Shown here in pieces: positions 10,732-18,889 of a stretch of DNA of 24,000 nt. The notes below the pieces were generated by a model. It was not told the DNA's origin and searched no databases. It worked only from the letters and a program-made list of their open reading frames with translations. The number at the start of each line of letters is the position of its first letter. The first letter of the stretch is position 1. Source of the stretch: Curvibacter lanceolatus ATCC 14669 (GTDB taxonomy: Bacteria; Pseudomonadota; Gammaproteobacteria; Burkholderiales; Burkholderiaceae_C); assembly GCF_000381265.1 (NCBI RefSeq), contig NZ_KB906286.1, positions 3,495 to 27,494 on the forward strand, written 5' to 3'. Made by a program: the position numbers and the translations under genes.

Positions 10732-11537
10732 ACGCCGCATTGACGCTGTCTGCGCCCTCATCGGCGCCCTCATCGGCCCCGTCAACCCCGCTGCGGGTCT
10801 GGGCCGTGGCCGGGCTGCCTCTGCTGCTGGCCGCCTGGGGAGTTTGGGGCCTGCTCAGCCAGGTCGACACGGCCCCGTCAGAGGCCGAGTTGATCCATTG
10901 GGGCGCCCAGGCCCAAGCCCGCGATGAACACGCCACCACCGTGCTGCGCAACCTCGCGCGCAATGGGCTGACACCGGCCATGCCTCTGCTGGGGCGGGTG
11001 CTCGTGCAACGTGGCGATGCCCGCTCGGTGGCCGAAGGCCGCGACTGGCTGCAGCGCGCCGCCCAGGCTGGCGACGCCACGGCCGCCTTGCAACTGGGCA
11101 AGCTGTGGTTCAAGGGGGCGCCCGGCCTGCCGGCCGATGCCGACCGGGCACTGCCTTGGCTGAAGCAGGCGGCCGATCAGGGGCAGGAGGCTGCGGCCCA
11201 CTACATCGCGCTGATCCTGAAGAACGGCAGCCCTCAAAACCCAGCCCACCCCGAGGCGGCGGCCCGCTGGATGCGCCGGGCCGCCGAGGCGGGCTGGGCT
11301 GATTCCCAGTTTCTGCTGGGGCAGATGCTGCTTTACGGCCAGGGCGTGAAAGCCGATCCGCTGGAAGCCCGAGCCTGGTTCGAGCGCGCCGCCGAACAGG
11401 ACCACCCGGAAGCCAACCTGCAACTGCTGCTGGCCCAGACCCATGCGGAACTGGGATTGCACCGTCAGGCCGAGACGGAAGCGGAGCGCTGGCGTGAAGC
11501 CCAGCATGCGCTGAAGCACCGTCCGGAAGCACCGTGA
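10728..11537 (+). CDS. membrane-anchored Sel1-repeat (TPR-like) protein
   Basis: The ATG overlaps the upstream stop as ATGA (10728-10731). It has an N-terminal hydrophobic anchor (VWAVAGLPLLLAAWGVWGLL). Three to four Sel1-type repeats follow (AAQAGDATAALQLGKLWFKG, AADQGQEAAAHYIALIL, AAEAGWADSQFLLGQMLLYGQGV, AAEQDHPEANLQL). Confidence 0.8.
10752..10784 (+). repeat. in-frame 12-bp tandem repeat (about 2.7 copies) encoding SAPS units
   Basis: GCGCCCTCATCG occurs twice and is followed by a partial GCCCCGTCA. It encodes SAPSSAPSSAPS at the N-terminus of the Sel1 protein. Confidence 0.6.
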
Positions 11538-11557
11538 GCGGCGCCGCTCGCCAGGAT

Positions 11558-11580
11558 GACAAAGGCCGCGTCGGGCGGCC
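11558..11580 (-). terminator. possible intrinsic terminator downstream of rpe
   Basis: The minus strand reads GGCCGC-CCGAC-GCGGCC (6-bp GC stem, 5-nt loop) followed by TTTGTCATCC, 9 nt after the rpe stop. The U-tract is short. Confidence 0.35.
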
Positions 11581-11588
11581 CCGTGCGC

Positions 11589-12284
11589 TCAGCCTGCCAG
11601 TTGAACGCGCATGGCGTCGATGACGGCGCGGTAGTCTGGCTTGCCGAAGATGGCGCTGCCCGCCACAAAGGTATCGGCCCCGGCGGCGGCCACGCGGGCG
11701 ATGTTGTCGACCTTGATGCCGCCATCCACTTCCAGACGGATGTCCTTGCCGCTGGCATCGATGCGGCGACGCACGGCCTCGATCTTGCGCAGCGCCGAAT
11801 CAATGAAGCTCTGGCCGCCAAAGCCAGGGTTGACGCTCATGATGAGGATCAGGTCCAGGTCTTCGATCACCCAGTCCAGCACATCCAGCGGTTGCGCCGG
11901 GTTGAACACCAGGCCGGCCTTCACGCCCTGCGCCTTGATGGCCTGGATGCTGCGGTGCACATGGCCCGAAGCGTCGGGGTGGAAGCTGATGTAGTCGGCA
12001 CCGGCCTCGGCAAAGGCGGCGGCCAGGGCATCCACCGGTTGCACCATCAGGTGCACATCGATGGGCACGGCCTCGCCATCGGGCGTGCGGGCATGGGGCT
12101 TGAGGGCCTGGCAGATCATGGGGCCAAAGGTCAGGTTGGGCACGTAATGGTTGTCCATCACGTCAAAGTGGATCCAGTCGGCGCCGTCGGCGATCACCTG
12201 ACGGACCTCATCCCCCAGCCGTGCGAAATCGGCCGAGAGGATCGAGGGGGCAATGCGGTAGGGGGTGGGAGCGGAGGTCTTCAT
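11589..12284 (-). CDS. rpe: ribulose-phosphate 3-epimerase
   Basis: From ATG 12284 the protein reads [27 protein letters not shown]...[16 protein letters not shown]...[12 protein letters not shown], a textbook Rpe. The tracked ORF start at 12395 adds 37 non-homologous residues. Confidence 0.95.
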   Translation of the reverse strand: MKTSAPTPYRIAPSILSADFARLGDEVRQVIADGADWIHFDVMDNHYVPNLTFGPMICQALKPHARTPDGEAVPIDVHLMVQPVDALAAAFAEAGADYISFHPDASGHVHRSIQAIKAQGVKAGLVFNPAQPLDVLDWVIEDLDLILIMSVNPGFGGQSFIDSALRKIEAVRRRIDASGKDIRLEVDGGIKVDNIARVAAAGADTFVAGSAIFGKPDYRAVIDAMRVQLAG

Positions 12285-12430
12285 AGCGCCAATTGTCGCA
12301 GCAGCGCCGTCCCTGGCGCCAACGGGGCCAATACCCGTCAGAAATGCCAAACCCTGCACAAGCGCGTCACGAATGACAGAATGCGGGAACTTCAAAGCCG
12401 CCCAGCCTTCTTACTGTTTGTCCATCCATC

Positions 12431-12826
12431 ATGCCCAGTTATCGAATTCACGTTCACGTAGAGCCTCAACACCTGCCGGACCAGTCCAATGCGGAACAGT
12501 CTGTGCATGCCTTTGCCTACACCGTGACGGTCACCAACACCGGCGACGTGCCGGCCCAATTGATCTCGCGCCACTGGCAGATCCACGATGCCACCGGCCA
12601 CCGCGAAGAGGTCAAAGGCCTGGGGGTGGTGGGCAAGCAACCGCTGCTCAAACCGGGCGAGGCCTTCCAATACACCAGTGGCTGCCGCCTGCGCACCCCC
12701 AGCGGAACCATGAACGGCAGCTATTTTTTCGTGGCGGAGGACGGCGAACGCTTTGACGTGCCGATCCCGCTGTTTCTGCTGGAGGCCACCTCCAGCGCCC
12801 ATGCGCCGACCCGCGTGCTGCACTGA
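12431..12826 (+). CDS. apaG: ApaG (DUF525) protein
   Basis: 131 aa. FAYTVTVTNTGDVPAQLISRHWQIHDATGHREEVKGLGVVGKQPLLKPGEAFQYTSG is the characteristic ApaG core. It is divergent from rpe. Confidence 0.9.
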   Translation: MPSYRIHVHVEPQHLPDQSNAEQSVHAFAYTVTVTNTGDVPAQLISRHWQIHDATGHREEVKGLGVVGKQPLLKPGEAFQYTSGCRLRTPSGTMNGSYFFVAEDGERFDVPIPLFLLEATSSAHAPTRVLH

Positions 12827-12864
12827 GCTGACCCGGTGCCACGCCTCGGCTTCATCACGCTCCT

Positions 12865-14853
12865 ATGAATCGAACACCGCCTGACCTGCCCCAGATCCTC
12901 GACGCCCTCAACCCCCATGCCTCGCTGGTGCAGCGGCACCTGTGGCTGATGAGCCTGCTGCAGTGGATACGGGGCCGGGCAGACGACGCGCCGGCCGCCG
13001 TGGCCCGCCTGCGGCTGATGCTCGACGCCATCCAGCTGCGCCCCACTTGGCAGGCCGAATGGCAGCTGTGGTGGGCCCACTTCCTGGGCGCGGTGGATGC
13101 CACCTCGCTGCTGGCCGACCACGGCTTTGCACCCAGGCCGGCCTTCATGAGCGAGCTGGGCAACCGGCTGCGCAAGAAGCTGCTGCCGCAGACCCCCGAG
13201 ACCACCGACCTGGGTGAGCTGTTCGAGTTGCTCGCACCCACCCCCTTCGATGCCGAGTGGCTGCGCGCCATCGACCCCGACACCCTGCTGCGCGTGCAGA
13301 GCCTGCTGTTCACGGCACCCGCCCCCAGCGAAGACAGCCTCGCCCCGCCCTTGGGCAGCGGCCAGTCCTTGCTGCTCGATGCCCTGACCTACAGCGTGGG
13401 CCAGGTCAGTGCCACGGGCTTTGCCTCCGAGATCCGCCAGCGCATGTCGGATCAGGCGCAGAACGAGCGCCCCTTCCATGAACTGCCTGCACATTTCGAG
13501 CGCCTGCGTCAGGCCGTGCTGCAGCTTGGGCCGCGCAGCGAGGCTGCGCTGCAGGCGGCGGATGTGCTGCGCCAGCAACTGGAAGCCTGTCGGCGTGCCG
13601 CCCAGACGGTCTACACCCACCTCGAAGAGCACGGGATCTCGGTGGGCATCGTGTTCCGCTTGCGCCAGCTGCGCGAGCGTGTGGTGCGCATCCGCGATCT
13701 GCTGAGCTGCCTGCAAAGCGAAACCCCCTCGGCCGATCTGGCCCAACTGCTGGCCCGACTGGTGCTGGTGAGCGAAGAAGGGCGCAGCATCAGAGCCCTG
13801 ATCGCCGCCAGTTCGCACCTCACGGCAGCCAAGGTGGCCGAACGCAGCGCCGAGAGTGGCGAACACTACATCACCCGCAACGCCACCGAATACCGCGAGA
13901 TGCTGCGAGCATCCGCCGGTGGCGGCTCGGTGCTGGCGCTGACCACCTGGGTCAAATTCGCCATCTATGGGCTCGGCCTGTCGGCCTTCTGGAGCGGCTT
14001 TGCCGCGGGCCTGAACTACGCCGCCTCGTTTGTGTTGGTGATGCTGATGCACTGGACCGTGGCCACCAAGCAGCCCGCCGTCACCGCCCCTGCCATGGCC
14101 GCCAAACTCAAGGACATGAGTGCGCCTGACGCGATAGAGCGCTTTGTCGATGAGGTGGCGCACCTGCTGCGTTCGCAAATCGCGGCCATCGTGGGCAACC
14201 TGGGCCTGGTGATTCCGGGCGTGCTGCTGATCTGCGCCGGCCTGCACGCCGCCGGCCTGGGCCCCATGGTCGACGCCGAACATGCGCACCACACCTTGCA
14301 CGACCTGAGCCTGCTCGGGCCCACCGCCTTGTTCGCCGCCTTCACCGGGGTGCTGCTGTTTGCCTCCAGCATCATTGCCGGCTGGGTGGAGAACTGGTTT
14401 GTGTTGCATCGGCTGGACTCGGCCCTGACCTACAACCCCCGCTTCACCCGCTGGCTGGGGCCGTTGCGCGCGCGCCGCTGGGGCCAGTGGTTGCGTCGCA
14501 ACATCTCGGGCCTGGCCGCTAACATCTCGCTGGGCATGATGCTGGGGCTGATCCCGGCCTTTGCCGCCTTTTTCGGGCTGGGCCTGGAGGTGCGCCACGT
14601 CACGCTGTCCACGGGGCAGGTGAGTGCCGCAGCGGCCACACTGGGGCTGGATGTGCTGCGCCACGCCGAGTTCTGGTGGGCGATTGCCGGGCTGTTCGCC
14701 ATCGGCCCGCTGAACCTCGCCGTCAGCTTCTACCTGGCCTTCCGGCTGGCGTTGCGGGCGCACAACGTGGGCCTGGTTGAGCGCCGGCGCATCAACCAGG
14801 CCATACGCGCGCGCTTGCGCAGTGCGCCCGGCAGTTTCTTCTGGCCCGTGTAA
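12865..14853 (+). CDS. large polytopic membrane protein resembling the COG4389/PF10136 family (usually annotated site-specific recombinase)
   Basis: 662-aa ORF with high third-position GC. The soluble helical N-terminal ~350 aa (ASLVQRHLWLMSLLQWIRG, FMSELGNRLRKKLLPQTPETTDLGELF) is followed by about six hydrophobic helices. The family assignment is from memory of conserved N-terminal phrases and has not been searched. Confidence 0.7.
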   Translation: MNRTPPDLPQILDALNPHASLVQRHLWLMSLLQWIRGRADDAPAAVARLRLMLDAIQLRPTWQAEWQLWWAHFLGAVDATSLLADHGFAPRPAFMSELGNRLRKKLLPQTPETTDLGELFELLAPTPFDAEWLRAIDPDTLLRVQSLLFTAPAPSEDSLAPPLGSGQSLLLDALTYSVGQVSATGFASEIRQRMSDQAQNERPFHELPAHFERLRQAVLQLGPRSEAALQAADVLRQQLEACRRAAQTVYTHLEEHGISVGIVFRLRQLRERVVRIRDLLSCLQSETPSADLAQLLARLVLVSEEGRSIRALIAASSHLTAAKVAERSAESGEHYITRNATEYREMLRASAGGGSVLALTTWVKFAIYGLGLSAFWSGFAAGLNYAASFVLVMLMHWTVATKQPAVTAPAMAAKLKDMSAPDAIERFVDEVAHLLRSQIAAIVGNLGLVIPGVLLICAGLHAAGLGPMVDAEHAHHTLHDLSLLGPTALFAAFTGVLLFASSIIAGWVENWFVLHRLDSALTYNPRFTRWLGPLRARRWGQWLRRNISGLAANISLGMMLGLIPAFAAFFGLGLEVRHVTLSTGQVSAAAATLGLDVLRHAEFWWAIAGLFAIGPLNLAVSFYLAFRLALRAHNVGLVERRRINQAIRARLRSAPGSFFWPV

Positions 14854-14899
14854 CCAAATGTCAAAGGCACAATAGCGGTGACGCAGAAACTGTCACGCT

Positions 14900-15976
14900 G
14901 TGCCCAGCCTCATGTCCGCTCAACCCCATACGCCAACCCGACCCACAGCCTCGCGACTTCGTGCCGATCAGGTGGAAACGCTGGTCACCCATGCGCTGAA
15001 TGCCCCGATGTCCGTGGTGGACAGCGCGCTGCGTGTCGTCTACGTGAACGCCAGTTTTGCGCGCTGGTTCCAGCGCACGCCGGCCGAGGTTACCGGCCTC
15101 ACGCTGGTCGATCTGTATGGGGCGGAGGCCTTGGACCAGATCCAGGGCCACATCGACCGGGCCCTGAGCGGCGAAACCGCGCATTACCAGCGACAGATCG
15201 GCAACCAGGCAGGCGAGGCTGAATGGCACAACGTCAGCCTGAGCCCCTGGCTGGACGATGAGGGCCAGGTGCTCGGTTTTGTCAGCATCGCCCTGCGTGT
15301 GCACGAACTCAAGATCACGGCCGATGCCTTGCGCGCGGCCAATCAACGCCTGGCCTCCCACATGGAAAACAGCCCCCTGGCGGTGCTGGAGATGGACGCC
15401 AGCCTGCGCCTGCTGCATTGCTCCAGCCGCGCCAGCCAATGGTTTGCCTGGGCCCTGGACGAGGTGCGCGGACACCGCCTGCCCGAGTTGCTGCCCGCCC
15501 GCTGGGACAACACCCCCCTGGGCGAGGCGCTGGGCCGGCTGCAGAGTGGCCAGGAACTGCAGAACCGCTCCGAACTGACGGTGCAGCGCACCGATGGGAC
15601 CACCCTGCACACCGTGTGGTTCAACTCAGCCCTGCTCGACCCGCGGGGCCGCGTGGAATCGGTGATGTCGCAGGTGGAGAACGTGACCGAGCGGGTGATG
15701 GCGGCCGAGCAGCTGTGGCCCGAAGCCCCCCAGGCCTCGATCGCCAGCCTGCTCGATCGCAGCGACCAGATGTCCAAGATCTGCTCGACGCTCAAGCTCA
15801 CCCCCGCCGAAGCCCGGGTGGCCGTGCTGCTCACCGAAGGTCACCCCCTCAAGCGCATTGCACAGATGACCCATCTGTCCATCCACACGGTGCGCAGCCA
15901 GGTCAAGAGCGCACTGAACAAGCTGACACTGCACCGCCAGGTCGATCTGGTGCGGCGTGTGATGTCGATTCGATGA
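14900..15976 (+). CDS. double-PAS sensor fused to a LuxR/FixJ-type HTH transcriptional regulator
   Basis: Two PAS-like segments are present (VVDSALRVVYVNASFARWF... and LAVLEMDASLRLLHCSSRASQWF...). The C-terminal HTH reads LTPAEARVAVLLTEGHPLKRIAQMTHLSIHTVRSQVKSALNKL. The start could also be ATG 14912. Confidence 0.85.
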   Translation: MPSLMSAQPHTPTRPTASRLRADQVETLVTHALNAPMSVVDSALRVVYVNASFARWFQRTPAEVTGLTLVDLYGAEALDQIQGHIDRALSGETAHYQRQIGNQAGEAEWHNVSLSPWLDDEGQVLGFVSIALRVHELKITADALRAANQRLASHMENSPLAVLEMDASLRLLHCSSRASQWFAWALDEVRGHRLPELLPARWDNTPLGEALGRLQSGQELQNRSELTVQRTDGTTLHTVWFNSALLDPRGRVESVMSQVENVTERVMAAEQLWPEAPQASIASLLDRSDQMSKICSTLKLTPAEARVAVLLTEGHPLKRIAQMTHLSIHTVRSQVKSALNKLTLHRQVDLVRRVMSIR

Positions 15977-15984
15977 ATTGAAAA

Positions 15985-16003
15985 CGGGCACAGAGTGCGC
16001 CCG
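15985..16003 (-). terminator. terminator-like hairpin whose U-run is only on the minus strand
   Basis: The minus strand reads CGGG(CG)CAC-TCT-GTGCCCG followed by TTTTCAATTC. It lies 9 nt beyond the plus-strand LuxR-type gene stop. On the plus strand no T-run follows the stem. Confidence 0.3.
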
Positions 16004-16088
16004 ACGGGACACAGGACACGGGCCGCCGGCATCTGGCTTGCACCAGACCGCCGGGGCCGAGCCTGTGGTTTCCGATGCCAGGAAAGAC

Positions 16089-16148
16089 GCGCCCCGCCGG
16101 GCTCCCATCCCTTGCTCATCCCTATCCCGCGGGACGCGCGCTTTCTTG
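16089..16148 (+). terminator. imperfect GC-rich inverted repeat followed by a T-rich tract
   Basis: GCGCCCCGCCGGG (16089-16101) pairs with CCCGCGGGACGCGC (16126-16139), about 12 bp with bulges and a 24-nt loop, followed by CTTTCTTGAC. The long loop is atypical for a terminator. Confidence 0.25.
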
Positions 16149-16237
16149 ACTCTGAAACTCTTTTTCCTCCCTGGCAGCGACCTTGAGGTGCGACAGCTGA
16201 CAGACGGCTGAGCAATTGTTCAACCATGGACGGAATG

Positions 16238-16284
16238 CTAAAAAAAATCCACCAAGTTGACCATCCCGCAAATAGGGTATGAAG
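16238..16284 (+). promoter_or_regulatory. possible thiL promoter
   Basis: An A8 tract (UP-element-like) at 16240-16247 is followed by TTGACC (16257-16262) and a weak -10 TATGAA (16278-16283). The spacer is only 15 nt. Confidence 0.25.
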
Positions 16285-16348
16285 AACAGGTGGCCCGCAA
16301 GCAGGAGGCTGGCCAGCCTTTATGCTTGCGGCTTCTTGAGGAATCCGC

Positions 16349-17338
16349 ATGGGTGAATTTGATCTGATTGCCCGTTTTTTCACCCGCGCGCCCCGCGCGG
16401 GGGGCCCGGTTCGGCTGGGCGTGGGCGATGACTGCGCGCTGCTGCAGGCCTCGCCGGGCACGCAGCTGGCCATCTCCAGCGACATGCTGGTCGAGGGGCG
16501 GCACTTTCTGTCCACGGTCGACCCCGCGCGCCTGGGCCACAAGGCCCTGGCCGTCAACCTGAGCGACCTGGCCGCCTGTGGCGCCACCCCGGTCGCCTTC
16601 ACCCTGGCCCTGGCCTTGCCGCGTGCTGACGCCCGCTGGCTGGAACCCTTTGCCCAGGGCCTGCTGGCCCTGGCCGATGCGCACGGCTGCGAGCTGATCG
16701 GTGGCGACACCACCCAGGGCCCGCTGAACCTCTGCATCACCGTGATGGGCGAGGTGCCCGTGGTCGACGGGCGCAGCCAGGCCCTGCTGCGCAGCGGCGC
16801 CCGCCCCGGCGACGACCTGTATGTGAGTGGCACGCTGGGCGATGCCCGGCTGGCGCTGGAAGTGTTCCGCGGCACGCAAAACCTGCCCGGCCCGGCTTTT
16901 GAGGCCGCGCGGGCCCGCATGGAGTGCCCCACCCCCCGGGTCGCCCTGGGCCAGGCCCTGCGCGGCATCGCCTCGGCCGCCGCCGACATCAGTGACGGGC
17001 TGGTCGGCGACCTGGGCCACATCCTGCGCCGCTCCGGCGTCGGCGCCAGCATCGACGCCGAGCGTGCCCTGAGCCTGCTGGCGGCCCGTTCAAGCCCCGA
17101 GAACCTCGGCCTGGACGACGACACCGCGCTGGGCCTGGTGCTGGCGGGCGGCGATGACTACGAACTGGTGTTCACCGCCCCCGCCGCGGCCCGTGAAGCG
17201 GTGCAGGCCGCCAGCCGCAGCAGCCTGACCCCGGTAACCCGCATCGGGCGCATCGAAAAACAGCCCGGCCTGCGCCTGCTCGACGCCCGTGGCCAGTTGA
17301 TGGACCGCCGCGACGAAAGCTTCGACCACTTCAAGTGA
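16349..17338 (+). CDS. thiL: thiamine-monophosphate kinase
   Basis: MGEFDLIARFF...GVGDDCALL...AISSDMLVEGRHF...GHKALAVNLSDLAACGA...GGD are typical ThiL/AIR-synthase-fold motifs. GAGGA lies 6 nt upstream of the ATG. Confidence 0.92.
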   Translation: MGEFDLIARFFTRAPRAGGPVRLGVGDDCALLQASPGTQLAISSDMLVEGRHFLSTVDPARLGHKALAVNLSDLAACGATPVAFTLALALPRADARWLEPFAQGLLALADAHGCELIGGDTTQGPLNLCITVMGEVPVVDGRSQALLRSGARPGDDLYVSGTLGDARLALEVFRGTQNLPGPAFEAARARMECPTPRVALGQALRGIASAAADISDGLVGDLGHILRRSGVGASIDAERALSLLAARSSPENLGLDDDTALGLVLAGGDDYELVFTAPAAAREAVQAASRSSLTPVTRIGRIEKQPGLRLLDARGQLMDRRDESFDHFK

Positions 17339-17358
17339 AGCGGCCAGCGCACGGGGCC

Positions 17359-17751
17359 TCAGGCCACGCCTTGGGCCTGTGCCGCCGCGCTCTCGCAGTG
17401 CCCCCAGTGCTGAGGCGGCACCTCGCGCACGATCACGCCACTGCCCACCGCCAGCGGCTCGCCCCGGCCCAGCTGGCGCTGCAGGGCCTTCAGGGCCTGG
17501 GTGATGAACTCGGTCTTCTGCCCATCGCCCGCCTGGCCGGCAGGCAGGCTGATGTGCAACTGGGCGGCAGGCCGGTCCACCGGCTGTGCTGCCACATACC
17601 AGCGCGCTGCGGGCAGGTCGTCAATCAGAACCACGACCGTCTCCCGCGCTGCGCCCAGCCAGCGCTCGGCCAGATCGGTCAGGGCCTGGGCCAACAGGGG
17701 GTAACGCTCGGGGTTTTGCAAGGGCGCCACCTGAAGGTGCATGGAAGTCAT
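17359..17751 (-). CDS. hypothetical protein with a duplicated beta-alpha-beta pattern (tautomerase-superfamily-like)
   Basis: 130 aa in two similar halves (HLQVAPL..helix..VVVLIDDLPAARWYV and QLHISLP..helix..GVIVREVPPQHWGH). This resembles ~130-aa tautomerase-family proteins, but there is no Pro after the initiator Met. It is divergent from a LysR gene. Confidence 0.5.
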   Translation of the reverse strand: MTSMHLQVAPLQNPERYPLLAQALTDLAERWLGAARETVVVLIDDLPAARWYVAAQPVDRPAAQLHISLPAGQAGDGQKTEFITQALKALQRQLGRGEPLAVGSGVIVREVPPQHWGHCESAAAQAQGVA

Positions 17752-17928
17752 GGCTTGTCTCTTTCGGCGCAGAAGCGCTGATGCGGATGAATTTGACAGC
17801 CGACTTTAGGGACCCCGGGGCGCCAGCGAAACAGCAGCCCGGGCAAACCGGTGTTGCAAACCCTGCAACACGCACGGCGTCTGCCAGCACGGCGTGGGCA
17901 TGACAAAGCCCCGGCTAACATCGGAGCC

Positions 17929-18841
17929 GTGAAAGATCTGGACTTTGATGACATGGCCCTGTTCGTGCGCGTGGCAACACGCGGCACGCTGTCGGCCGTG
18001 GCGCGCGAACGCAACGTGCCGGTCAGCCAGGTGTCCCGCTCGCTCAGCCGCATCGAAAAACAGTGCGGCGTGCGTCTGGTGCAGCGCTCCACACAGGGGC
18101 TGTCGCTGACCGCCGAGGGGCAGACCTTTCTGGGCTACTGCCAGCGCATCACCGGCACCCTGGAAGAGCTTGAAGCCGAATTCGCCCACCAGACCCGCGA
18201 GGTCAGCGGCACGGTGCAGGTGGCGGTGAGCCCGGCGCTGGGCCATTTCATCATCGTGCCCAGCCTGGCCGGCCTGTACGAACGGCACCCGCGCCTGCAG
18301 ATCGAGCTGCACTCCGATGACCGCCTGATCGACATGGCGCTCGAGGGCGTGGACCTGACCCTGCGCAGCGGCGCCCCACACACCGAGTCGATGATGGCGC
18401 GCCAGATCGGCCACCACGGGCGGGCGCTGTATGCCAGCCCGGCCTACCTGGCCCGCTTTGGCACCCCCGCCCACCCCGATGAGCTGCTGAGCCACCGCCT
18501 GATCACCAACAGCGCGGCCCAGCACCTGAACCGCTGGCCCTTCATCATCGATGGCGCGCAGATCGAGCGGCCTGTGCAGGGCCACTACCGCGCCAACTCC
18601 ACCGGCATCATGATGACCATGGTGCTCAATGACCTGGGCATCTGCCGCTGCAACACCTTGATCGCCGCCCCCCCTGGTGGCCCAGGGCAAGCTGCTGCCG
18701 GTGCTGGAAGACTGGGTGGATGTGCAGAATTTCCCCATCTATGCCCTGCTGATGCCCCAGCGCCACCACCTGCCCAAGATCCAGGCCTGCCTGGAATACT
18801 GGAGCCAGTGGTTTCAGACCCTGCTGCCGCCCCGGCCCTGA
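17929..18841 (+). pseudogene. LysR-family transcriptional regulator disrupted by a +1 frameshift in a C7 tract
   Basis: Frame 1 reads a normal LysR (VKDLDFDDMALFVRVATRGTLSAVARERNVPVSQVSRSLSRIEKQCGVRLVQRS...GICRCNTLIAAP). After the seven C residues at 18668-18674, the LysR C-terminus (LVAQGKLLPVLEDWVDVQNFPIYALLMPQRHHLPKIQACLEYWSQWF, stop 18839-18841) continues in the next frame. The start is GTG 17929 or ATG 17953. Confidence 0.8.
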
Positions 18842-18889
18842 AACGTCCCCGACATCTTCGAGACCCGCACCTACTCGCTCCGCTGCGCC

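Noticed and set aside
12721-14763. 680-aa minus-strand ORF opposite the COG4389-like gene.
   Set aside because: Its codon position 3 falls on position 1 of the plus-strand frame. The plus frame has the strong third-position GC bias and coherent transmembrane helices, and the minus translation is Gly/Gln/Arg-rich filler.
16141-16348. Possible TPP (THI-box) riboswitch upstream of thiL.
   Set aside because: I could not find the conserved CTGAGA / ACCTGATCTGGATAATGCCAGCG-type core. thiL is also not a usual THI-box target. Only an Infernal scan could settle this.
15841-17124. 427-aa minus-strand ORF spanning the thiL upstream region and thiL antisense, plus the small ORFs at 15978-16211 and 15995-16186.
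   Set aside because: The sequence is Ser/Arg/Pro-rich with no motifs. It crosses an obviously non-coding AT-rich stretch and uses non-ATG starts. thiL on the plus strand is clear.
17806-18738. 310-aa minus-strand ORF opposite the LysR gene, and the 22238-23404 plus-strand ORF opposite yecA.
   Set aside because: These are antisense shadow ORFs. The opposite strands carry recognisable LysR and YecA/SEC-C sequences.
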